Assembly (NCBI GenBank): GCA_038087875.1
Contig: CM075991.1
Location: 12,960,217 to 13,022,000, forward strand
Direction: 5' to 3'
DNA from: Malacoraja senta
Lineage: Eukaryota
Length of the DNA: 61,784 bases
The position numbers and the translations under genes were made by a program. Of this stretch, positions 51,904-61,784 are shown piece by piece; within the stretch, counting starts at the first letter, position 1, and each line of letters starts with the position of its first letter. Below the pieces are notes generated by a model. It saw only the letters and a list, made by a program, of their open reading frames with translations, did not search any database and had not been told where the DNA came from.

Positions 51904-53682
51904 GTAAGCACTCTCATGTCCAGTGACCATTCACACATCCACATGCCGTGGTCACTGTTTGTAGTGGCCTAAGACCTGTAATTTTCACCCAGGTAAATGA
52001 TTGCACAGAGAGATCGACAATGTGGAACTGATCTGCACCAACACTGCACACCATGTTTCTAACCAATCCTATAATCCCTCCACTGAAGTCCCGCATAATT
52101 TAATGTCCCTTAATTAATTCTCTTCTAATTTTCCACCATTTCAAAGAGAACAATCCCAACCTGTCCAATCTTTCCCAACATCATGACATTATTTTGAAGA
52201 AAACAAACAGGTTCTTCCTGATAGACTGAATAAATATCACAAAATAGATTATCTGGCCATTTATTACATTGGTTTTCATGACATGCGATTGTATGCAAAT
52301 TGATTGCTGCATTTCTCTACACTGTAACAATGACTATACCTCCACACTATTTCAGTGGTCATTAAGCATTTCAGGATGCCCAAAGGTTGTAAAAGGTAAA
52401 ATACAAATTCCTCTCTGACCAAGAATCAGAGTCTACGAGTCATTCAGAAGAGAAACTGGCCCTTTGGCTCACCGGGTTTAAGCTGACTGGCCAGTGTGGG
52501 CACGATGGACCGAAGGGCCTGTTTCCACGCTCTATGACTAAGACTATCAGGCATTCATTTACACTAATTTTTATTCTTTCCACATTTCCAGCAACCCCCC
52601 CCCCCCCCCAGGATTCTACCATTCACAAGTTGGGTAATTTATGGAGGCCAATTAACTTGCCAATCTGAATGTATTTGGGATATGAGAGGAATCTGAAGCA
52701 CCAGGGGATGCCCAGTAATCGAGGGAGAACATGCAAACTCCACACAGACAGCACCAGGGGTCAGGGTTGAACTCTGGGTCCCACAACTGCACCACTGCTC
52801 TGCCCAATACTTGATATTTACACCATCACAAGAAATAAAAAAACACGTTTGAACATTTTTACCTTGATCAGTACATAATTCACTCAGTTATCTGCTAGCA
52901 CCATCAAATAAACAGATATTTTGTTTCAAAATCGTCCAGTTTTCCTAAGGAGTGTGAATAGTTTGTTGATTGAGATGAATAACAGGAGGAAACAAAAAAT
53001 AGAACAGCCATGGTTCCTGCTACTGATTATGTTCTAGCTTCTTGCATGACCAGACATTAATAGCTTCAATAATGAGCAGGCTTGAAGTTCACAAATTGTA
53101 GACAACTGCAGCTCACCAACTTCAAATATAAATAATGTTGGTCGGCTGAAACTCCGAGAATGAATATTTTTGGTGTAAAATGATGGGGGTTTTGTAAATA
53201 AAGAATTATATTTGATCTGATAAAATGGCTGGGACTTTGCTGAAGTACAGAATTTGAGAAATTAAATCCTGTTAACATTTGCACAACAGAAAGTTGACTC
53301 TTATACCCAAGAAAAATTGTCATTAGTTGTAAGTTCCAGTGCAGAACAGGCAGTTAATGATTGAACAGGCCTTTTGCTGACCTGCTGACTCCGGTTTGGA
53401 GGCGATTAGGTATTTTTGCAATGAGACAAGATGAAACATGCATGTACTGAGCAGAAGATGTTCTCCTTGTTCCTGTTGACCTGCATTGTTGATGTGTTGC
53501 TTTGGTAACACAAAATGCTTCTCTCAGCCATGAAATTCGATGGTTGCTTTGAACATCAGAAAGAGACAAAAAAAAACTGCAGGCTGGGCTAATCTGTTAG
53601 TCACTAATTAATTAAAACTGAACCATTTTATGCACAATGCTTGTGATAATTAAAATAATTTTATTTATTATTCTAACTCCAG

Positions 53683-53769
53683 GAAATGAATATTCAGGAG
53701 GCCCTTACACTCACTCCCACTACACATCCTATAACGATGCCTGGCGTTTTACCAACTCTGGATTAATAA
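53683..53769 (+). CDS. pax8: pax8 penultimate coding exon
   Basis: ctccag|GAAA...ATAA|gtatgc, 87 nt; (G)NEYSGGPYTHSHYTSYNDAWRFTNSGLI. Confidence 0.95.
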
Positions 53770-53985
53770 GTATGCAGCACAGGAATTTACCTGTTAAATT
53801 TTGACTTCTTTTAAACTAGTAATTTGTGCATGTTGCTTTTACTATTACCGTGTCTTCAGCTCTTCATGTTGTGACTGCTGTTATTATTGGCTTTCAGGCC
53901 TACTTCTTTTATGATGATTTTGTAAACTGAATTTTTAGATTTGGATTGACAGCAGTGTTTTCACATGAAATGCTTGCAGCACAAT

Positions 53986-54308
53986 TAGTTTAGTTTAGTT
54001 TAGAGATTCAATGCAGAAGCAGGCCCTTTGGCACCGACTAGCACCGCCCCCCCCCCCCCCCCCCACCCCACATTAACACAACCCTACACACTAGGGATAC
54101 TTTTACATTTATACCAAGTCATTTAACCTACAACCCTGAACGTCTTTGGAGTGTGGGAGGAAACCGAACATCTTGGAGAAAATCCACGTGGTCGCGGGGA
54201 GAACGTACAAACTCCGTACAGACAGTACCCGTAGTTGGGATCGAACCCGGGTCTCTGGCGCTGCAAGCGCTGTAAGGCAGCAACTCTACTGCTGCACCAC
54301 CGTGCCAT
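53986..54308 (-). mobile_element. V-SINE in last pax8 intron
   Basis: (tttag)n tail, ggagtgtgggaggaaaccg core, ggatcgaacccggg (reverse B box). Confidence 0.85.
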
Positions 54309-54893
54309 TCCAAATTCTGAAAATCAAATTAAATAATGCTGTATATTGAGATTTCTGCAGTCAGCCAGGATAGTAATATGCCTTATGAATAAACTCATTG
54401 CACTTATAGATATAGAAGAGAAAAGGTAGCCCAGGTGATGTATTATCTAGTAGGTATACTGGTGATTACGTATACGTGAACATCAGACACAAACTGGATC
54501 AGACTCCACCACACAGCCTCACAGAATTGATTATCTGCTATTATCCACTAATTAGGTGCAGCAATAACAAAATGGCCATTTTAATGAAATAGAGAATTCC
54601 TGAGACCTTTGGAAATGCATCCCAATTTAGAAAACTGTGTTTGGGGAGAATACAACAGCTCCTTATTGATACCAGTGCTTCATTGCCACAGTAGCAATGC
54701 GAGGAAGTGTCCTGTGAGTGCAAGCTTTTCAATGCAGTTGAGGGACGCTGAGCTTTTCATTTTCTACAATGTTTAACTGTTAAAATGCCACGTGATGAGC
54801 TTCAGCTGTGCCATGTGATGTGAGTCGTAACATTTTGTTACTGCATTGTTATGTTCTTCCAACCGTCTTTTCTTCTTGTCCGTTAACTTTCAG

Positions 54894-54970
54894 GCTCCCC
54901 TTATTATTATAGTTCCACGCCAAGGACCAGCACACCGCCCACTGCTGCCACTGCCTATGATCACCTCTAG
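54894..54970 (+). CDS. pax8: pax8 last coding exon (to stop codon)
   Basis: long pyrimidine tract then tttcag|GCTCC; (S)SPYYYSSTPRTSTPPTAATAYDHL*; the DHL* ending is Pax8-type. Confidence 0.96.
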
Positions 54971-55838
54971 TTCCCACAGCAACCAGGGAACTGTGCGGAC
55001 ACACAAGCCCTGGGGAATCATGTGCTCTCAGTCTAATTGATTTGAACACAAAGCAATGTGGAAAACTCTATTTATGAATGAAATTGGAAGGATGGGCAAT
55101 AATTTCACCACCGGATGTTTTCATAACATGCCAGACATGAACGGCAGTGAATCGCATTCCTACTCTGGATTTGCAGATAATTCACAAGAACTGAAAGCCA
55201 TAACCAATGGCTAGATAGAAATTGCTTTTGAACAGTAAGGAAAGCAAATGCACTATTAGTATTGTAAATTATACATGGATTTTGCAAAATACACTCAATA
55301 TGGGCCACAGACATTGTGTATACAAGGCTCTAATAGGCTCATTATGTGACTTTAATTGTGAGTGGGGAATGCATTGGAGATCTTTGCCCAGTTACACGAG
55401 GACTACATTTAACAGAGTGTTACAATGGATGGCTCCTGCAGACAAGAAAGAGAACTTCTGGAAATGACACAAAGCTTTACAAAGTGAAAGGCTGGCAATT
55501 TCCATTGCAGACTGAGCAAGGGATCTATTGTAGCAGAAAACTAACCGGAAGCATTATTACTATCCCCACCACTCGGCACAAGACTGTGATAAGGAAACAG
55601 ACTTCGACCAATCAAATGTTTCTTTCTAAAAAATTCTTTACCGAGTTGAGGCATATTCTCAGCATTTCTAACAATGTTTAAGACTTTACAACAAAAAAAT
55701 ATGAAATGTTTAGAGGCACTGGTAGCAACAAAGAGAATTTGTTTTAAAATTTCACCGTGAAGATTCAGCTTGTGTTTGAACCACTCATTCTGCTTGCATT
55801 TGACCTTTCAAAAATCACCAAAATAACAGGATGGACAA

Positions 55839-55863
55839 AATAAAAATCAATAAATGCATTAAA
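55839..55863 (+). terminator. candidate pax8 polyadenylation signal cluster
   Basis: AATAAA 55839-55844, AATAAA 55849-55854 and ATTAAA 55858-55863, about 0.9 kb after the stop in apparently repeat-free sequence; another AATAAA at 56225. Confidence 0.55.
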
Positions 55864-58800
55864 ATTAGTTTACCTTTGTATACCATGTTCAAGATAAATC
55901 TATTCAATTTTATGATGTTGAAATTGCGTGATTCTTAGCTTATGTAGCCCACATTTATCACCTGTCAGAATTACGTTTGTTATGAAGGATATTGTTTTTA
56001 GACAGGTGAGGAAGTGTTCAATACATAACTCCACTACCACAGACAGATGGGTCTTGAAGGATCTAGAACAACCCATGTCCAATGCCAGTTTTACATCCCA
56101 TTCACTTTGGAAGGACCTGCCCAAGATGCACAGGCCTGGGGTTTTCATTTGCTATGTATGTAAACTATGAAACTATCAAAAGAAAAATATTTTAATTCAG
56201 TGTAGCATGATTTCAAATCTAGGAAATAAAATTTGCTGACTGTAGAAATTACACGAGAACTTATTTGATGATATTCCTGCTGTCTATACGAGTGCTTATA
56301 ATCTACAACAAGAAAGGGTATTTTATATGAACTAGGCCAGGCAGGTGGAAGTAAAGTACCAAGTACTGGCTGCTGCTGAGATTATACCAGCACAAGTATT
56401 TTAGTTCTGTGTATTTCCATAGTATGTTTTCTAGCTTTGGAATACAAAACAAATCCGAAACAAATATTGAGTCCAATAACTATTAAACTATAGATTAAGA
56501 ATTGAGTTCTGATAAATTTGAAAATTCACCATAAAAATCCCCACATTTGAATGTAAGTATTAAAGGACTACTTTGATTGTATAAGTACTAAACATTGTAA
56601 ACATTCACAAGTTCACAAGTTATAGGAGTAGAATTCGGCCCATGGAGTCCACTCCACCATTCAATCATGGCTGATATCTGCATCCTGATTCCATTTTCCT
56701 GCCTTCACCCCATAACCCCTTGACACCCGTTCTAATCAAGAAACATTGGTTGCACAATTTCCTCTTCTCGCCCTTCATCATTTACCATGGCCCACACTGA
56801 TTCCTGCAACATTTCAACAATCAGTACATATCTCAGTCATTGCATGCATGACATTTCCCATTCTTGCTATGCAACGCCATCGTCTCCTTCCCTCCTGGAA
56901 CATATGATCTAGAAACCTCTCCATCTTCCTTTAGCTCTGCATTTACACTGAATACGATTCAAGGTTGGAAACGCAAGGCTTGTGTGTAAGTAGCCCAGAT
57001 ACGTCTAACACAAGAGGCCCAGGAAACATGATGCCTTGCACTTCCCATAGAGTACAGAAATTGCAAGCATCTGCCATCTATGATCTAACAAAACTTCTAT
57101 TCTCTCTTTTGAATCTGTTAGAAAACATTAATCTGGAAAAACAAAGCATTTCCATACCAATACATTGCTGTGCATAACGTTTCAACAACTAAAGTGCATC
57201 ATTAACAGGGTAATTTTGTGAAAAGAGACAGTGTGTAGCACTGTGTAGGAAGGAAATGAAGAAGGGTCTCGACCCGAAACATCACCCATTCCTTCTCTCC
57301 GGAGATACTGCCTGTCCTGCTGTCGGCAGCAATGTTTAAGTCTATATTGTATATCCATATTTGTCCAGCAGGACAGCACAGTAGAAGCACATCATTTGGT
57401 AAGATCCTGCTGGAGGAGAGGTTGACTATGAAGGGGTGACATTTTAATTACTTCCCTTGGATGGGAAGGGGGTGGTAGCATGCTGACAAGGAGCACTCAA
57501 CTCTCTCTCCTGTTATTTTACTTTAGTATTTACAGGGAAATCTTCTTCTTGCATGTGGTGTGCACAGCCTAAAGTTGTAGGTTAACTTGTTCTATTTGAT
57601 CTTGTTTGTGCACATCCGGTTGAAACAGGGCAGACCACGTGAAGGTTGCAATCTCCCACACCACAGGGAAATAGAACAGGTAGACATGACAGTGTCAATA
57701 ACTAATGGGATATGTGGAAATAAAAGCAAAGACGTACTTATATAGATCGATAACATCCACATTAAAAAAAATAATCTATGGAATAGATAGCAGAGGCATT
57801 ACCACACATATTTAACACTTAGTTCTAGAATGGTATAGTGCCAACAGACTGGGGGATATCTCACATAATTTATGATCTTATGATCTAATGATCTTATGAG
57901 AATAGTTAATGTCAGGAAATTATAGGAAGTCAGCTTAACATGAGTGGTAGGATAAATAATGGGATTCTGCTTATAAAAGAGATTAGAATAACTACTGGAA
58001 ATAAAAAAATATATATAATAATGAATAGTCTGCATGGATTTATAAAGGAAAAATCTTACCTGACCAATTGAAGAGGAAAAAATAGAGAAAGACACAGTTG
58101 TACGGCACAGAATCAGGCCCTTCGGTCCATCTTATCCATGCCAATCAAGTTGCCTCATCTCAGCTCGTCCCATTTGTTATTGTTATTGAACCTGCCTCAA
58201 CAACTTCCTCTGGCAACTCATTCCATCTACCCACCACCCTCTGCATGGCAAAGAATGCCCCTCAGATTCCTATTAACTCTTTCCCCTCTTATTTAAACCT
58301 ATGCCCTCGACGTCTTGATTCTCTAGGGGTAGGGGTAAGGATTATCAATACTGACGAAAGATACACTAACTACAGGAAAATATTAATAATCTTGCAGAAT
58401 GGATAAATGTTTGACTAATGAAACTCGACACAGAAAGAAAGCATGGTGGTATGATTTGGTAGGAAGAATAGATAGGGCAATTATTAATTACAGGTTCTCG
58501 GTGATGTAGATGAAAAAAGACATCTTGGAGTCCAAGTACACCAATCATTAAAGTTGTGCCACAAGTTGGAAAACCCAACACTGGTTTTATTGTCAGAAGG
58601 ATAGTCTGAAAAGTAGAGAATGTGCTAATTATCTATCAAACCACAGTTAGACCGTACAGCATGCAGTTCCAGACCACATATTATAAGAAAAGGTGTCGAT
58701 GCGCTGGAGAGAGTGCAAAGATTTACACAGATGTTGCCTGAAATGTACATCAGCAAAGGATGAACTGAATGGGTGTCCTTTCTCCTGAAGAAAGGGTCAC

Positions 58801-59237
58801 GTAAAATTCTAAAGGGTGCAAACTGAGAAAAGTGACCACATGAGCAAGAGTACATGTAGAAGTCATCAATGTAAAATAATCACCAAGAAATCCATTTGGC
58901 AATTCAGAAGTAACCCAAAGCATGGTGGGAATATAGAGCTTGCCTTCACGGGCAATGGTTGAGGCGAATAATATAGATATATTTAAAAGGAGTTAGAGGG
59001 AGATACAAATATACTTAATATATTATATAAAATATAATATTAAATTATAAATCATGAACATTATAAAAGAATAAATTATTAAAATATAAAACGCCTGTTA
59101 AAATTTAATATTAAATATATTCAAATATATATTTGAAGGAGAGGAGAACTTGGAAATACAGTAATAGATTAAGATGAGGAGTTTTGAGATGTGGTTTATG
59201 GAGTATACACTCCATCGTGTCCAGTCTGTTTCTGTGC

Positions 59238-59355
59238 AGGAAGGAACAGCAGATGCTGGTCTGTAGAAGGGTCTCGACCCAAAACGTCACCCATTCCTTC
59301 TCTCCAAAGATGCTGCCTGTCCCACTGAGTTACTCTAGCACTTTGTGCCTATCTT
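59238..59355. mobile_element. Penelope-type short element with short inverted end, 16-bp TSD
   Basis: cagtctgtttctgtgc at 59222-59237 and 59356-59371. Confidence 0.75.
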
Positions 59356-59689
59356 CAGTCTGTTTCTGTGCTGTATATCCTTTCAAATATGTGAGTAATA
59401 TTTCCAAAAATAAAAATGTACGTCTCAGCAGCTTTTATTTTAATTACAGAAATGGGATTCTATGATGCATGCAGCGATTTGCTGGCATCAATAGGTACAG
59501 TGCAGGCAAGCACCAATGTTGTCCTTTGACACCAATATAGAACATCTTAAAGAAAGTGCTGAAAGAAAAATCTGCAAGCTGTTTATAAAAACAGAGCACA
59601 AATAATCTCTACACCATCAAGAAAATTGCAAGTGTTCACTCCTCCCAAATGGTTCCCCATTCCCAAGTATTAAATTTGCATAGTAAACA

Positions 59690-60390
59690 TGTGTTAGTTA
59701 TGTGTTAAAAGTTGGACAAATGTCAAACCGGTCAAAGCTGGACAGGACCTCATGGTGAATGTTGTAGAGCAGAGTGATCTAGGAATACAGGTAGACAGGT
59801 GCACCGTTCCTTGAAAGTGGTGCCACAGGTAGATAGGACTTTTGGTTTATTGGCTTTCATCAGTCAGTCCATTGAGTATAGAAGTTGGGGCCATTATACA
59901 CACATTGGTGAGGCTGCATTTGGAGTATTGTGTTGAATTCTGCTCGCCCTGCTGAAGGTAGGATCTCATTAAGATGGAAAAAGTGTAGAGAAGATTTACG
60001 AGGATGTTGCCAGGACTCGAGGACCTTATGATAGAGAGCGATGGGACAAGCTAGGACTTCATTCCTTGGAGCATAGGAGGTTAAAGGGTGACCTTATAAG
60101 GTATTTTACCCAGGGTAGAGGAATCAAGAACCAGAGGACATAGGTTTAAAGTGAGAGGGGAATGATTTAATAGGGACCTGAGGGGCAAATGTTTCACTGA
60201 GGGGATGGTAGTTGAGGCAGCTACAATAACAGCATTTAAAAGATATTTAGACATGGAAATGGACATGAAAGGTTTGGAAGGATATGGACTAAATGTGGGC
60301 AAATGGGACTAGCTTAGATGAAGCACCTTGGTTGGCATGGACCAGTTGGGCTGAAGGGCCTGTTTCCATGCTGTATGGCCATGACTCTCA
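59690..60390 (+). mobile_element. CR1-like LINE 3' fragment
   Basis: gtgaggctgcatttggagtattgtg, agaagatttacgaggatgttgccaggact, tail gggctgaagggcctgtttccatgctgtat. Confidence 0.8.
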
Positions 60391-61179
60391 TGTCTAATGT
60401 TATTTAATGAACATTGACTAACCTGTGTAAATTATGTTCCACTCAGGTCTTGTTTTGATGGTGCAGCAAACTAATGGCTGCATGCAAATGAAAAACGGCA
60501 TCTTTTCTAAGCTCAATGATCTGTGGTATCTGCCGAAGACCTCTATGTAACTCGCCAACTCCTGCTTTAATGATTTCTTTCTTACTCCGAGTTTTTAATC
60601 TTCTGTATCTGTGGGGCCAGTATTTGTTTCTCTCTATGTGTGCTTCTGTTGCTGTTTATGGCATTCCGCTACTCTAAAGGAACTATATCATTTCAATTTT
60701 CTTTTGTTGATTTTAAATTTAAATTGACTAGATATGGTTTGGAAGATTGAATGAAAAGGATTAACAATGATCTTACAGAAGTTAATGTTGTAATGTCTCG
60801 CTAGCTAAACTGGAGAGGTTGCTGAATGTGTCCCTGAGTTGAACATTAAAAGCTTTAGGACTGGATTTAATTTATGACTCATTGCAAGGCAAACATGTTT
60901 TCTCTCACAAAGAGTTCTGTAAAATTGTAACTAGATCACGAACAATATAGGTAAAGACAATGCAAAGAGGTTGTACTTTGAAAAATGCTTTTCAAGGGTC
61001 CACGTTATCTTGCAAGCAATGTGTCATGTTATGTGTGGCAGGACTGCATTCCTTGCAGAATCACTGGCCACAAAGTGCTATTTGATATTGTTAGAAATGG
61101 CTTTCCATTACCAGGGTTTTGCATTTGCATAGTAAAACTAACCAATGCAGGCATGGCTGATTAATACACTGATTAACTG

Positions 61180-61264
61180 AGGAAGGGTCTCGACCCGAAA
61201 CCTCACCTATTCCTTCGCTCCATAGATGCTGCCTCACCCGCTGAGTTTCTCCAGCATTTTTGTC
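61180..61264 (+). mobile_element. Penelope-type short element, 15-bp TSD
   Basis: tacactgattaactg at 61165-61179 and 61265-61279. Confidence 0.75.
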
Positions 61265-61639
61265 TACACTGATTAACTGGTATGTTTGGCATTGGTAATG
61301 GGAATTACTGAAGAATCTTTACAGAAATCAGGCTCGAAACAAAATGGTGCATTGGCCACCATGGTCTTTCAGGCTCCACTTTCAGCTAACTAGAATGGCT
61401 ATTTCACGAGTTGCAGGAAACCTGAATAATCCAAGGGTCAAGAGCGTTTTATTGTCATATGTCCCAGATAGAACAATGACATTCTTACTTGCAGCAGCAC
61501 AATAGTATATGTAAACATAGTACACTGTAAACAATATAATAAATGAGAAAAAAAGTTCAGTGTGTGGATATATGCACATACTCACACATATATATATATA
61601 ATGTCTGTATAATATAGATGCGTATATATATCTCTCACT

Positions 61640-61784
61640 GGCCCAGGGTGTTGTCCCCACTTGCCTCAAGACATCAACCATCGTGCCAGTGCCCAAACAG
61701 TCAGCCACAGGGAGCCTCAACGATTTCCGCCCAGTGGCACTCACCCCTGTCATTGCTAAGTGCTTTGAGCGGCTGATCTTTGCT
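61640..61784 (+). mobile_element. Rex1/Babar-like LINE RT fragment running off the window end
   Basis: [43 protein letters not shown]. Confidence 0.8.

Noticed and set aside
36670-54970. Assignment as pax2 or pax5
   Set aside because: Some residues are Pax2/5-like (PDVV, IAEYK), but [33 protein letters not shown] and DHL* all indicate Pax8.

Overview
Vertebrate genomic DNA, most likely a cartilaginous fish (skate/ray; inferred from V-SINE, CR1-like and Penelope-type repeat content), with one assembly gap (17022-17373). The window holds one protein-coding gene on the + strand, pax8. Nine exons with canonical AG/GT sites and consistent phases (36670-54970) encode the paired domain, the Pax8-type octapeptide YSINGLLG, the partial homeodomain and a C-terminus ending AYDHL*. 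A less certain start-codon exon lies at 21925-21982 in a roughly 9 kb CpG-rich domain; with it the CDS is 1200 nt (399 aa). The rest is intron/intergenic DNA with LINE fragments (CR1, Rex1/Babar, Tx1), V-SINEs, a MITE and simple repeats. The most notable non-genic signal is about 30 copies of a short Penelope-like retroelement terminus carrying a minimal hammerhead-ribozyme core (CUGAAGA-A-stem II-GAAAC-GUH), many with target-site duplications and many as long inverted hairpins inside the pax8 pre-mRNA. Notable gene features: Pax1/9-like substitutions in the paired-domain linker, no recognisable mammalian Pax8 Ser-rich exon, and a PAX2d/e-type alternative acceptor and reading frame in the last exon. 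All calls were made by eye; repeat boundaries are approximate.
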